From the IMG/VR virus record IMGVR_UViG_2778261416_000006, positions 1 to 36,558 of that record: DNA of 36,558 nt; one strand, given 5' to 3'. Positions 27,054 to 36,558 of this stretch are shown here, piece after piece. The position numbers and the translations under genes were made by a program. The first letter of the stretch is position 1, and every line of letters begins with the position of its first letter. The notes beneath the pieces are model-generated. The model did no database searches, was not told where the DNA came from, and saw nothing but the letters and a program-made list of their open reading frames with translations. The stretch is from a virus (lineage: Duplodnaviria > Heunggongvirae > Uroviricota > Caudoviricetes).

Positions 27054-27064
27054 GAGGTGACGCC

Positions 27065-28438
27065 ATGGATTTTTCTCATATTTCTTCGTACCTATCCTCT
27101 GATTCTCGAAGTGGCTGGCGTGAAAAGCTACTTGAAGCATCATTTCGAGGTGTGCCGTTTAAGGTTGAAGAAGAAAGTGCGGGAACCGGTCGCCGTGTGG
27201 AAACACATGAATACCCGAACCGCGACAAGCCATATACCGAAGATCTGGGAAAAGTCACTTTCCGCCCGTCCATCACAGCTTATGTGGTGGGCGATGACTG
27301 CTTTGACCAGCGCGATCGCCTGATTGACGCGCTGAATAAACCTGGTCCCGGCACGCTTGTCCATCCGACATACGGTGAGATGAAAGTCTGTGTTGACGGG
27401 GAAGTTCGGGTCAGCACATCGAAAAGTGAAGGGCGTATTGTCCGCTTTGACCTGAAGTTTGTCGAAGCAGGAGAACTCTCTTACCCCACATCAGGTGCGG
27501 CGACGGCGCAGACGCTGATGTCATCCTGTTCTGCACTGGATGACTGCATCAGTGACAGCTTCAGCGGTTTCAGTATCGATGGTGTGGCGGATTTCGTGCA
27601 GAACGACGTTATCGGTAATGCCAGCATAATGCTGGGGTATGTTTCTGATGCGATGAAAGTGGTGGATTCTGCCGTATCGGATGCCGCCAGGCTGTTGCAG
27701 GGGGATATCTCGGTACTTCTGCCGCCGCCATCGTCAGGCAAAAATTTCGTTGAGCAGGTGCAGAAAATGTGGCGTACCGGGAAACGCCTTTATGGTAACG
27801 CCAGCGACCTGGTCATCATGATCAAAACGCTTTCCGGTGTCAGCCTCGGCAGCGATCTGCAACCGCGCGGCGTCTGGAAAACGGACAGTAAAACCACCGC
27901 CACGGCGACGCAGCAGCGTAACGTGGTTGCCAGCACACTTCGTACGACCGCAATCAGCGAAGCGGCGTATGCCGTCACCCGATTGCCTGCGCCAACAACT
28001 TCCGCGGTGATGCAGAATTCCGCAGTGGGGCAGGCAACAACACCCGCGCAGAGCACTGGCTGGCCTTCCGTCACGCATCCGGCACTGAACAATGCACCGG
28101 CGGTGAAAAACACGGTTGACCTGCCGACGTGGGAAGAACTGACTGACATTCGCGACACACTGAATACGGCAATTGATAAGGAGTTGTCCCGTACAACCAG
28201 CGATGCGCTGTTTCTGGCGCTGCGCCGGGTGAAAGAAGATCTGAATGCGGATATCAACACGCGCCTTGAACAGTCTGCACGGATCATTCAGCGCACACCG
28301 GATGAGGTTTTACCCGCGCTGGTGCTGGCGGCGACCTGGTTTGATAACGCGGCGCGTGACGCGGACATTATCCGGCGTAATGCCATTACGCATCCCGGCT
28401 TTGTGCCGGTGATCCCTCTGAAGGTGCCAGTGCAATGA
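27065..28438 (+). CDS. Mu N-like DNA circulation / tail protein
   Basis: Size, position ahead of baseplate genes and sequence character resemble Mu gpN-family proteins in e14/Mu-like tails; GAGGTGA upstream. Confidence 0.6.
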   Translation: MDFSHISSYLSSDSRSGWREKLLEASFRGVPFKVEEESAGTGRRVETHEYPNRDKPYTEDLGKVTFRPSITAYVVGDDCFDQRDRLIDALNKPGPGTLVHPTYGEMKVCVDGEVRVSTSKSEGRIVRFDLKFVEAGELSYPTSGAATAQTLMSSCSALDDCISDSFSGFSIDGVADFVQNDVIGNASIMLGYVSDAMKVVDSAVSDAARLLQGDISVLLPPPSSGKNFVEQVQKMWRTGKRLYGNASDLVIMIKTLSGVSLGSDLQPRGVWKTDSKTTATATQQRNVVASTLRTTAISEAAYAVTRLPAPTTSAVMQNSAVGQATTPAQSTGWPSVTHPALNNAPAVKNTVDLPTWEELTDIRDTLNTAIDKELSRTTSDALFLALRRVKEDLNADINTRLEQSARIIQRTPDEVLPALVLAATWFDNAARDADIIRRNAITHPGFVPVIPLKVPVQ

Positions 28439-29514
28439 ACGACAATGTCACGCTACGGGTAAATGGCCGGGAGTGGAATGGCTGGACATCGGTGCGCATC
28501 GGTGCCGGTATTGAACGGCTGGCGCGGGATTTCAGTGTGGAGATCACCCGCCAGTGGCCGGGAGATGAGGGTATTACCACGCTTCAGCCGCGCATTAAAA
28601 ACGGTTCAAAAGTGGAGGTGCTGATTGGTGATGAGCTGGTGATCACCGGCTGGGTGGAGGCGACGCCCGTTCGTTACGATTCCCGTTCGGTCAGCACCGG
28701 TATTGCCGGACGCAGTCTGACCGCTGACCTGATTGACTGTGCAGCCGAACCGACACAGTTTAACGGACGATCGCTGGTACAGATTGCGCAGGCGCTTGCT
28801 GCGCCTTTCAGCATTGAGGTGGTGAACAACGGTGCGCCGTCGGGTGTTATTCCTGATGTTCAGCCTGATCACGGTGAAACGGTGATTGAGGTAATCAACA
28901 AAATACTCGGTCAGCAGCAGGCACTGGCTTACGACGACCCGCACGGCAGGCTGGTGATTGGCGGTATTGGCTCAACGCGGGCACATACTGCGCTGGTACT
29001 CGGGGAAAACATCCTTTCCTGCGATACGGAGAAGAGTATCCGGGAGCGGTTTTCTGTTTACCAGGTGGCGGGGCAGCGTGCCGGAAACGACGATGATTTC
29101 GGTGAGGCCACCACCACCGCGCTGCGGGCCCGCACAGAGGACGCATTTATTGCCCGTTACCGTCCGATGTATATCAGGCAGACAGGGCAGGCTACGGGGG
29201 CAGGCTGTATTGCCCGTGCGGACTTTGAAGCCCGACAACGGGCGGCGCGGACGGATGAAACCACCTATGTGGTGCAGGGCTGGCGACAGGGTAACGGTAC
29301 GCTGTGGCAGCCCAACCAGCGGGTGATTGTCTTTGATCCGGTCTGTGGTTTCGACAATACCGAACTGCTTGTTTCGGAAGTCACGTTTACTCAGGACCAG
29401 AACGGCACCCTGACGGAAATCCGTGTCGGCCCGCCTGATGCTTATCTGCCTGAACCCGAAGCCCCCGGCGCGCGGAAAAAGAAAAAAGCCAGAGTACAGG
29501 AGGACCCGTTCTGA
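28435..29514 (+). CDS. Mu P-like baseplate hub protein
   Basis: Synteny (N, P, V, W, J) and recalled similarity; start overlaps upstream stop. Confidence 0.6.
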   Translation: MNDNVTLRVNGREWNGWTSVRIGAGIERLARDFSVEITRQWPGDEGITTLQPRIKNGSKVEVLIGDELVITGWVEATPVRYDSRSVSTGIAGRSLTADLIDCAAEPTQFNGRSLVQIAQALAAPFSIEVVNNGAPSGVIPDVQPDHGETVIEVINKILGQQQALAYDDPHGRLVIGGIGSTRAHTALVLGENILSCDTEKSIRERFSVYQVAGQRAGNDDDFGEATTTALRARTEDAFIARYRPMYIRQTGQATGAGCIARADFEARQRAARTDETTYVVQGWRQGNGTLWQPNQRVIVFDPVCGFDNTELLVSEVTFTQDQNGTLTEIRVGPPDAYLPEPEAPGARKKKKARVQEDPF

Positions 29515-30062
29515 TGAGGACGATTGAAGCCATGCAGCGACAACTCCTCGGCCTGATTGGGCGGGCCGTGGTGAAAAGCATCAGTGCCGCCACGAAATGT
29601 CAGACCGTGGATGTGTCCCTGATTGCCGGTGAACCCAAAGCCGGGGTTGAACATCTTGAACCCTACGGTTTTACCGCAAGGGCAAACAGCGGTGCGGAAG
29701 CGGTGGTGTTGTTTCCGGATGGCGACCGTTCTCATGCGGTGGTTGTTACGGTGTCGGACCGGCGCTACCGCCTGAAAGGGCTGCAGACGGGTGAGGTGGC
29801 GGTCTATGACGATCAGGGGCAGTCCGTGACGCTGACCCGGGAGGGGATCGTGGTGGACGGTGCAGGTAAAACGATCACGTTTCGTAATTCACCTAAAGCA
29901 CGTTTTGAAATGGACCTGGAAGTGACAGGACAGGTGAAAGACCTGTGCGACTCCGGCGGCACCACCATGTCAGCGATGCGGCTTGCCTATAACGGGCATC
30001 GTCACAGAGAGAACGGTCAGGGCAGTAACACCGACAAACCTGATAAAGCGATGGAGGCATGA
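29514..30062 (+). CDS. baseplate spike/assembly protein V-like (Mu gp45-like)
   Basis: Synteny; TGATG-coupled start. Confidence 0.55.
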   Translation: MRTIEAMQRQLLGLIGRAVVKSISAATKCQTVDVSLIAGEPKAGVEHLEPYGFTARANSGAEAVVLFPDGDRSHAVVVTVSDRRYRLKGLQTGEVAVYDDQGQSVTLTREGIVVDGAGKTITFRNSPKARFEMDLEVTGQVKDLCDSGGTTMSAMRLAYNGHRHRENGQGSNTDKPDKAMEA

Positions 30063-30487
30063 TGGAACTGTGGCTGACGGTGAACGGTAAACGCACCTGC
30101 GCCAGCGCACCGATGGATCCGCTGACCCGTGCCGTGGTGATTTCCCTGTTCACCTGGCGGCGGGCTGAACCTGATGACAATGCCGACGTCCCGATGGGAT
30201 GGTGGGGGGATACCTGGCCTGCGGTACAGAATGACCGTTACGGCTCCCGACTGTGGCTGCTTCAGCGCAGCAAACTGACCAATCAGCTGGTGCAGACGGT
30301 AAGGGGATATATCCGCGAATGCCTGCAATGGATGATTGATGACGGCGTGGTGTCCCGTATTGATCTGGATATCCGCCGCACCGGGATTAATGAGCTGGGG
30401 AACAGTATCACCCTCTGGCGTCGTGACGGACCGGTAATGATTTCTTTTGATGATCTGTGGAGTGCGATAACGCATGGCGGACAGTGA
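30059..30487 (+). CDS. Mu gp46-like baseplate protein
   Basis: Synteny and size (142 aa). Confidence 0.55.
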   Translation: MMELWLTVNGKRTCASAPMDPLTRAVVISLFTWRRAEPDDNADVPMGWWGDTWPAVQNDRYGSRLWLLQRSKLTNQLVQTVRGYIRECLQWMIDDGVVSRIDLDIRRTGINELGNSITLWRRDGPVMISFDDLWSAITHGGQ

Positions 30488-31532
30488 ATTTCAGCGCCCG
30501 ACGCTGGCAGAAAATATCAGTATGCTCCGTAACGATTTATTCGCCAGGCTGGACGTCAGCGACACGCTCCGGCGCATGGATGAAGACGTGCGGGCAAAGG
30601 TGTATGCGGCGGCGCTGCATACGGTTTACGGGTACATCGATTATCTGGCAATGAACATGCTGCCTGACCTGTGCGATGAGTTCTGGCTGGCGCGACATGC
30701 TGCGATGAAACGGTGTCCGCGCAAGGGGGCCACGGCTGCCAGCGGGTATATGCGCTGGGAAGGTGTCAGCGATGGCCTGAAGGTGACTGCCGGGAGCGTG
30801 ATTCAGCGCGATGACCTGGTTCAGTACACGGCAACTGCCGATGCAACCAGCTCCGGTGGTGTCCTGCGCGTGCCGATCGCCTGCTCAAGTGCAGGCGCGG
30901 TCGGTAACGCTGACGACGGTACGTCATTAATCCTGGTCACGCCGGTGAATGGTCTGCCGTCTTCCGGTGTGGCTGACACCCTGACAGGCGGATTTGATAC
31001 TGAAGAGCTGGAAACGTGGCGCGCCCGCGTCATTGAGCGGTATTACTGGACGCCGCAGGGCGGGGCTGACGGGGACTATGTCGTCTGGGCTAAAGAAGTG
31101 CCCGGCATTACCCGCGCATGGACATACCGACACTGGATGGGAACGGGGACTGTCGGTGTGATGATTGCCAGCAGTGACCTGATTAATCCCATTCCGGAAG
31201 AGTCAACGGAAACGGCGGCAAGACAACATATCGGGCCACTGGCCCCGGTGGCAGGCTCTGATTTGTATGTATTCAGGCCGGTGGCGCATAAAGTGGATTT
31301 TCATATCCGCGTGACGCCGGACACACCGGAAATACGGGCTGCCATCACCGCCGAGTTGCGTTCGTTCCTGCTGCGTGATGGTTATCCGCAGGGAGAACTG
31401 AAGGTGTCACGTATCAGTGAAGCGATTTCCGGTGCGAACGGGGAATACAGCCATCAGTTGCTTGCCCCGGCGGACAATATCTCCATTGCAAAAAATGAGC
31501 TGGCAGTTCTGGGGACGATTTCATGGACGTGA
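30474..31532 (+). CDS. baseplate J-like protein (JayE-like)
   Basis: Synteny with e14 jayE and size (352 aa). Confidence 0.65.
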   Translation: MADSEFQRPTLAENISMLRNDLFARLDVSDTLRRMDEDVRAKVYAAALHTVYGYIDYLAMNMLPDLCDEFWLARHAAMKRCPRKGATAASGYMRWEGVSDGLKVTAGSVIQRDDLVQYTATADATSSGGVLRVPIACSSAGAVGNADDGTSLILVTPVNGLPSSGVADTLTGGFDTEELETWRARVIERYYWTPQGGADGDYVVWAKEVPGITRAWTYRHWMGTGTVGVMIASSDLINPIPEESTETAARQHIGPLAPVAGSDLYVFRPVAHKVDFHIRVTPDTPEIRAAITAELRSFLLRDGYPQGELKVSRISEAISGANGEYSHQLLAPADNISIAKNELAVLGTISWT

Positions 31533-32107
31533 CAAACGATGATTATATCCGTCTGTTGTCGGCACTGTTGCCGCCCGGTCCGGCGTGGTCAGTCAGCGAT
31601 CCGGCGATTGCCGGTGCGGCACCGTCATTAACCCGCGTTCATCAGCGTGCGGATGCCCTGATGCGGGAGCTGGATCCGCGCACCACCACTGAACTGATAA
31701 ACCGCTGGGAGCGTCTGTGCGGTCTGCCGGATGAATGTATTCCGGCAGGGACACAGACCCTTCGCCAGCGTCAGCAACGGCTGGATGCGAAGGTTAATCT
31801 GGCGGGCGGCATCAATGAGGATTTTTACCTTGCACAGCTTGCTGCCCTGGGCAGACCAGACGCCACTATCACGCGATACGATAAAAGCACGTTCACCAGC
31901 TCATCGGCCTGTACTGACGCGGTGAATGCGCCGGAATGGCGGTATTACTGGCAGGTCAACATGCCAGCCGCCACCAACACCACCTGGATGACATGTGGCG
32001 ATCCCTGTGATTCCGCACTTCGTATCTGGGGCGACACCGTTGTCGAGTGCGTGCTTAACAAACTCTGCCCTTCGCATACCTACGTAATTTTTAAATATCC
32101 GGAGTAA
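31523..32107 (+). CDS. Mu gp48-like tail protein (YmfQ-like)
   Basis: Position immediately before the tail-fibre gene, as ymfQ in e14. Confidence 0.55.
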   Translation: MDVTNDDYIRLLSALLPPGPAWSVSDPAIAGAAPSLTRVHQRADALMRELDPRTTTELINRWERLCGLPDECIPAGTQTLRQRQQRLDAKVNLAGGINEDFYLAQLAALGRPDATITRYDKSTFTSSSACTDAVNAPEWRYYWQVNMPAATNTTWMTCGDPCDSALRIWGDTVVECVLNKLCPSHTYVIFKYPE

Positions 32108-32110
32108 TCC

Positions 32111-32695
32111 ATGCATCGTATAGACACGAAAACCGCGCAGAAGGATAAGTTCGGCGCGGGTAAGAACGGTTTTACCCGTGGTAACCCCCAGACCGGCACA
32201 CCTGCCACCGATCTGGATGATGACTACTTTGACATGTTGCAGGAAGAACTTTGCAGCGTGGTGGAGGCCTCCGGTGCCAGCCTGGAGAAAGGGCAGCATG
32301 ATCAGCTGCTTACCGCACTTCGTGCGCTGCTGTTAAGCCGCAAGAATCCGTTTGGCGATATCAAATCGGATGGCACGGTGAAAACGGCTCTCGAAAACCT
32401 TGGTTTGGGAGAAGGTGCTAACTGGGTTATGTTACCTGGAGGAATGATAATTCAGCGTGTTTATCTTGGATTTCCTGTCGGCACCAATGTAAGACACATA
32501 ACTTTCCCCCGGTCGTTTACAACAACGAACTATTCCATCTCAATTAACTGGAATGATATCGGTACTGTAACAACTGAAACACAATCGCCAGCAAATGTGG
32601 CGGTTGTTCATCAAACAAAATCATTAACAGGGGCCAGCATCTGGCAGGCAGGTCCCGGGGGATTTAATGTGGACATTATAGCGGTGGGGTATTGA
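32111..32695 (+). CDS. side tail fibre protein, constant N-terminus plus invertible C-terminal segment
   Basis: N-terminus [60 protein letters not shown] matches e14-type tail fibres as recalled; crossover site inside the gene. Confidence 0.75.
   Translation: MHRIDTKTAQKDKFGAGKNGFTRGNPQTGTPATDLDDDYFDMLQEELCSVVEASGASLEKGQHDQLLTALRALLLSRKNPFGDIKSDGTVKTALENLGLGEGANWVMLPGGMIIQRVYLGFPVGTNVRHITFPRSFTTTNYSISINWNDIGTVTTETQSPANVAVVHQTKSLTGASIWQAGPGGFNVDIIAVGY
32388..32413. repeat. left crossover site of the invertible tail-fibre segment
   Basis: 26-mer ctctcgaaaaccttggtttgggagaa is the inverted repeat (20 of 26 identical, 14-bp perfect core) of the site at 34224-34249. Confidence 0.5.
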
Positions 32696-32696
32696 T

Positions 32697-33125
32697 ATGT
32701 ACGTATGGAGCGCTAAAGCAAATGGCTTTTTCCCCATATCGGAGAAAGAAAAATTTGAGGCATCAGGTCTGTGGCCTGATGATGGTGTAATAGTCAGTGA
32801 GGAAGAACATAAAAAGTTATTTACGGATATTCCACCAGGAAAACAGATTGGAACACTGAATGGAAAACCAGCACTGATAGATATTCCTCAGCCGACCAAA
32901 AAGGAATTAATAGCTATTGCTGAAGTTAAAAAATCCCAATTACGGGAAAAAGCTGACAGTGAAATATCCTGGCGTCAGGATGCTGTTGATGCTGATATCG
33001 CAACTGATGAAGAAACTTCAACTCTCACCGAATGGAAGAAATACCGTGTGCTGCTGATGCGTGTTGATACTTCAACAGCACCCGATATTGAATGGCCTAC
33101 GCCTCCGGCAGTTCAGGCCAGATGA
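32697..33125 (+). CDS. tail fibre assembly protein
   Basis: C-terminal [25 protein letters not shown] is typical of tail fibre assembly proteins. Confidence 0.65.
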   Translation: MYVWSAKANGFFPISEKEKFEASGLWPDDGVIVSEEEHKKLFTDIPPGKQIGTLNGKPALIDIPQPTKKELIAIAEVKKSQLREKADSEISWRQDAVDADIATDEETSTLTEWKKYRVLLMRVDTSTAPDIEWPTPPAVQAR

Positions 33126-33702
33126 CATCCGGCGTGGTGCTGGTATCTGTTACCGTCACCGCGTCAATGTAATCCAGCACGGCGTTAAGTCGGGTTGTTT
33201 CTGCCTGCGTCAGCTTCCGCCCGGCCTGTAATTTCAGTTGAATCAGACTGATGGAAGCCATTGCAGCATCAATCAGCGACTGGCGCTGTGCTTCTGCCGC
33301 GTCTACTGCGGCACTATGCTGTGCCTCAGTATCTGTCACCCATTTCTCACCATCCCATTTATCGTATGGCGTTAACGGGACGATAGTGGTTGTATTTTCA
33401 GGGTAATCACCCGGAGCTGTGATTTCTTTTGATTCTCCCGTTTCGGTGTTATAGACAACTTCACCGCGATGGTCTGGCACATATTCCCATGAGTTAAAAT
33501 CTGCAGAACGGCAGATTGCATAACCAGCCTTATGTGTGCCAGGAGTATCTAAACAGGAATATGCAGGGATACCGACACCCACAGCAAGATATTCAGTTGA
33601 TGCAGAAATATACTCCCGTGTCTCACTGTCATAGTTATAAACGGTAATCTCTCCTGCCTTTGTGGCAATAAATTTATTATTTAAGATGGCGTTATACATC
33701 AT
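33097..33702 (-). CDS. alternative tail fibre assembly protein (inverted orientation)
   Basis: C-terminal [28 protein letters not shown] has the same signature; convergent with the + strand copy. Confidence 0.6.
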   Translation of the reverse strand: MMYNAILNNKFIATKAGEITVYNYDSETREYISASTEYLAVGVGIPAYSCLDTPGTHKAGYAICRSADFNSWEYVPDHRGEVVYNTETGESKEITAPGDYPENTTTIVPLTPYDKWDGEKWVTDTEAQHSAAVDAAEAQRQSLIDAAMASISLIQLKLQAGRKLTQAETTRLNAVLDYIDAVTVTDTSTTPDVIWPELPEA

Positions 33703-34277
33703 GCAGCCCTCACAATGTAATTAAATGAAATATTACGTGGGCGTGTCTCTGCTGCACCGACAATACTGGTACTCAACCCCGTTGCCGTTCGTTTGTTATT
33801 TTTATTTCCTTCAATCAGACAGTTGTAATCATCATTACCAATTAACGAATTGGTGGCATCAATACTGTCCGGGGACAAGGCATTAGTTGTGGAACTTAAA
33901 GTCAGCATCTCGTCTGAACTTGGAAGATTTTTTAATGGTGTTTCATTGCGTGAAATACCCGCGTAAAAAAAGGACTCATGCCTGTGAGCTTCAAAAGAGT
34001 CATTCTGAAGACTTAGCAAGGCTCGCCCCGCATCCACTCCACGTCCATCATCCCAGCCACGAATAAATTCACCGCGTAAATCAGGCAATTTATTGGTCGG
34101 GTAAGCCTTTGCCAGTTCCGGGTATTCTTCAGCAGAAAAAGCCGCACCATTGCATTTCAGCCAGCCTGTTGGCGGAGTGGCTGAAGGCCACGGAACAGGC
34201 ACCCCAACCGGTAATGCAGAGCCTTCTCCCAAACCAACGTTTATGAAAATGTAGAAATAACGAGCAAATGGCATCAT
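33699..34277 (-). CDS. alternative tail fibre C-terminal segment (expressed only after inversion)
   Basis: Begins at the GLGEG crossover junction, contains a tail-collar-like region (LPDLRGEFIRGWDDGRGVDAGR ... NISFNYIVRA), and has no promoter-proximal constant part of its own. Confidence 0.55.
   Translation of the reverse strand: MMPFARYFYIFINVGLGEGSALPVGVPVPWPSATPPTGWLKCNGAAFSAEEYPELAKAYPTNKLPDLRGEFIRGWDDGRGVDAGRALLSLQNDSFEAHRHESFFYAGISRNETPLKNLPSSDEMLTLSSTTNALSPDSIDATNSLIGNDDYNCLIEGNKNNKRTATGLSTSIVGAAETRPRNISFNYIVRAA
34224..34249. repeat. right crossover site of the invertible segment, adjacent to pin
   Basis: ttctcccaaaccaacgtttatgaaaa; resembles hix/gix/cix sites (TTCTTGAAAACCAAGGTTTTTGATAA) at 20 of 26 positions. 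Confidence 0.5.
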
Positions 34278-34303
34278 TCCTGCTTTTGTCAGGGAGATCT
34301 ACC

Positions 34304-34666
34304 ATGCTTATTGGCTATGTACGTGTGTCAACAAATGACCAGAACACAGATCTACAACGTAATGCGCTGAACTGTGCAGGATGCGAGCTGATTTTTGAAG
34401 ACAAGATAAGCGGTACAAAGTCCGAAAGGCCGGGACTGAAAAAACTGCTCAGGACATTATCGGCAGGTGATACGCTGGTGGTCTGGAAACTGGATCGACT
34501 GAGGCGCAGTATGCGGCATCTTGTCGTGCTGGTGGAGGAACTGCGCGAAAGAGGCATCAACTTTTGCAATCTGACGGATTCAATTGATACACAGTATCTT
34601 GTTAACACCAACACATGGCTGCAGGAGGGATATTATCGGTACCCGATTTCAGGATACAGCGCCTGA
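34304..34666 (+). pseudogene. pin: truncated DNA invertase (Pin/Hin/Gin family)
   Basis: MLIGYVRVSTNDQNTDLQRNALN ... VVWKLDRLRRSMRHLVVLVEELRERGINF matches the catalytic domain of Pin; similarity ends near residue 96 (about 34592) and the C-terminal HTH is absent. GGGAGA upstream of ATG. Confidence 0.7.
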
Positions 34667-34725
34667 TTAGACTAAAGAGGGGCTATATTGTAGAGTTTGC
34701 TAAAGTTTTTTATAGGGTTAAGCAA

Positions 34726-35796
34726 ATGACAGTCAGGAACTACACTAATTTAAATTTAGATCGGACAACTATTGAGGCTACGTCTAGGGCATTTATTGAA
34801 AATAAAAACTATTCCGTCCATTCAATTGGACCAATGCCTGGTGCAAGAGCAGGACTTCGGGTTGTGTTTGCTAAACCAGGAGAAGCTTTGGCAACTGTTA
34901 ACATTTTCTATAATAACGGAGGGACGTCTACAGTCCAGTATCAAACAGGAGCTAATCATAATCTTGGAAAAGAGTTGGCTGATGATCTCTATGAAACCAT
35001 CAATCCTGCAGAATTTGAACAGGTAAATATGGTGTTACAAGGGTTCGTTGAAGCGAACGTTTTATCTGTACTTCAGCTCTCAGCAGAGCAGCCACATATA
35101 CAATTTTACGAATACTTACGGAACACTCATACAACGGTGTGGAAAATTCATTCGCCAGAATTTCAGGATGAGTTGACAGTTAGTCTGCATCACAGAAATG
35201 GAACACTACAAATACAAGGGCGTCCATTGTCATGTTATAGAGTGTTTATATTCAACTTGTCAGAGCTACTCGATTTACAAGGACTGGAAAAAGTTCTCAT
35301 TCGTCAGGATGATGGCAAAGCGTATATAGTTCAGAAAGAAGTTGCTCGCTCACATCTAGAGTGTGAAATGGGGGATGCGTACCCACTATTGCATAAGAAT
35401 GTTGAAAAATTGCTCGTTTCTGGGCTGTGTGTTAAACTCGCCGCCCCCGATTTACCCGATTACTGTATGTTGTTGTATCCTGAATTACGTTCAATTGAGG
35501 GAGTACTTAAATCAACAATGTACCGATATGGCATGCCAATCACGCAGGATGGTTTCGGGCCTTATTTTGATAAAATTGGGAGTGAATTTATTCTGAAACA
35601 ACAATTTGGATGCAATTTATCGTCAGCTAAGGTTAAGACCATTAATGATGCCTATACTTTCTTTAACAGAGAACGTCATGGCCTGTTTCATATGGAGATA
35701 GTTGTCGACACAAGCCGTATGGTTTCTGACATGGCACGACTGATGACTAAGGCCAGACAGGCATGGGGAATTATTAAGGATTTGTATATTGTTTGA
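34726..35796 (+). CDS. rnlA: RnlA-like toxin (endoribonuclease of the RnlA-RnlB system)
   Basis: 357 aa from ATG 34726; N-terminus MTVRNYTNLNLD and internal segments such as EKLLVSGLCVKLAAPDLPDYCMLLYPELR and WGIIKDLYIV match E. coli RnlA as recalled. AT-rich. Confidence 0.65.
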   Translation: MTVRNYTNLNLDRTTIEATSRAFIENKNYSVHSIGPMPGARAGLRVVFAKPGEALATVNIFYNNGGTSTVQYQTGANHNLGKELADDLYETINPAEFEQVNMVLQGFVEANVLSVLQLSAEQPHIQFYEYLRNTHTTVWKIHSPEFQDELTVSLHHRNGTLQIQGRPLSCYRVFIFNLSELLDLQGLEKVLIRQDDGKAYIVQKEVARSHLECEMGDAYPLLHKNVEKLLVSGLCVKLAAPDLPDYCMLLYPELRSIEGVLKSTMYRYGMPITQDGFGPYFDKIGSEFILKQQFGCNLSSAKVKTINDAYTFFNRERHGLFHMEIVVDTSRMVSDMARLMTKARQAWGIIKDLYIV

Positions 35797-36151
35797 AATA
35801 ACAGGTGTTAACGTCTCAGGGGCTCTCATTGCCGTCGTTATGGCGACTGGCTACGAGAACCCCTTGACTTCAGTTCACGAAATCGAGAAGAGGCTTTCTG
35901 TTATACTGGGCAATTCACAGGCTACAGGTGAGGTTTTGTTTGACCTTTTGTGTTCTAATGGTCCAGAGTGGAATCGCTTTGTTTCGCTGGAAATAAGGTG
36001 TGGCAGTATTTTGCTGGATACTGCCAAAATTGTGGATGAGCAAGAAATTCCAGCGCAGATCTTGAGACATCAGAGAGATGTATTACGTAACCACCCTGAG
36101 TACGTAGAAGACTCTGTGTTAACACCAGATGATGTTCTTTGTATTCTCTAG
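35789..36151 (+). CDS. rnlB: RnlB-like antitoxin
   Basis: FEITGVNVSGAL ... LFDLLCSNGPEWNRF ... LRNHPEY resembles RnlB as recalled; start appears to be TTG overlapping the rnlA stop. Confidence 0.6.
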   Translation: MFEITGVNVSGALIAVVMATGYENPLTSVHEIEKRLSVILGNSQATGEVLFDLLCSNGPEWNRFVSLEIRCGSILLDTAKIVDEQEIPAQILRHQRDVLRNHPEYVEDSVLTPDDVLCIL

Positions 36152-36288
36152 CTAAGAAATTTTGCACGAGAGGATTTTAACCTCCTCCCCGACAGACATG
36201 ACAGTGCCCAAATGTCTTAAGAACGTATGTACTTGAAATGGACATTGCTAATACCACTGGGTATTGATTAATTTGGGGCTGGTAAGCA

Positions 36289-36558
36289 TTACAAACCAAT
36301 AATCTGGAATAGCGCGGTTGCTGCTGCAGACAATGCTGCAAATGAATTGTACTTAGATTGAAGCCGCGCAGTGGCGAAGAAATCATGGAGATTCACGTTA
36401 AGTTCGGGATCTTCATACGTAACCATGACAATTTTTTTGCCTAACTCAACTTTTGCTGTAGCAGATTTAATCCATAAAATTGCAGATAAGACGCCAAAAG
36501 TTAATGACATCACATGATGATCTTTAATCCAACACATCACAAAAAGTAGATTTTCCAT
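36289..36558 (-). CDS. hypothetical protein, possibly N-terminally truncated by the window edge
   Basis: ORF runs to the last base of the window (cat at 36556-36558); no motif recognised. Confidence 0.25.
   Translation of the reverse strand: MENLLFVMCWIKDHHVMSLTFGVLSAILWIKSATAKVELGKKIVMVTYEDPELNVNLHDFFATARLQSKYNSFAALSAAATALFQIIGL

Larger units (their letters stand above)
12650..34600. mobile_element. lambdoid e14/CPS-53-like prophage, apparently defective
   Basis: Contiguous int, xis, CI/Cro, replication, RusA, Q, lysis and baseplate/tail-fibre genes. No terminase, portal, capsid, sheath, tube or tape-measure gene found. Ends are approximate; att sites not identified. Confidence 0.7.

Noticed and set aside
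27076-29735. Numerous minus-strand ORFs (up to 165 aa) within the tail genes
   Set aside because: Arg/Cys-rich antisense ORFs in GC-rich coding DNA; the + strand genes are coupled and syntenic.
36177-36386. 69-aa minus-strand ORF
   Set aside because: Overlaps the longer edge ORF out of frame and has no start context; not reported as a gene.

Overview
Enterobacterial (E. coli/Salmonella-like) accessory region, read by eye from the sequence and ORF track only; no database search was run. Three blocks are visible. (1) 1-10218: an AT-rich integrative island whose P4-type (IntA-like) integrase sits next to a 29-nt copy of the 3' end of the tmRNA gene ssrA. It carries a three-gene operon (NACHT-type STAND NTPase, pentapeptide-repeat protein, RelA/SpoT-like nucleotidyltransferase) that I consider the best candidate for an undescribed defence system, plus an operon of a large serine recombinase and two ParB-like proteins. 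(2) 10290-12670: a degraded IS5-family element and an AT-rich three-gene module (ADP-ribosyltransferase-fold protein, small protein, SecB-like chaperone) resembling a toxin-antitoxin-chaperone system. (3) 12671-36150: a lambdoid, e14/CPS-53-like prophage (int, xis, CI/Cro switch, replication gene with iterons, RusA, Q, holin/endolysin, Mu-like baseplate and tail fibre with invertible segment) that appears defective. No terminase, portal, capsid, sheath, tube or tape-measure genes are present, Rz/Rz1 look truncated by an AT-rich insertion, and the pin invertase is truncated next to an rnlA-rnlB-like module. All protein calls rest on motif recognition and recalled homologues, and the ORF track uses alternative start codons, so several starts were re-placed at ATG codons with a Shine-Dalgarno sequence.
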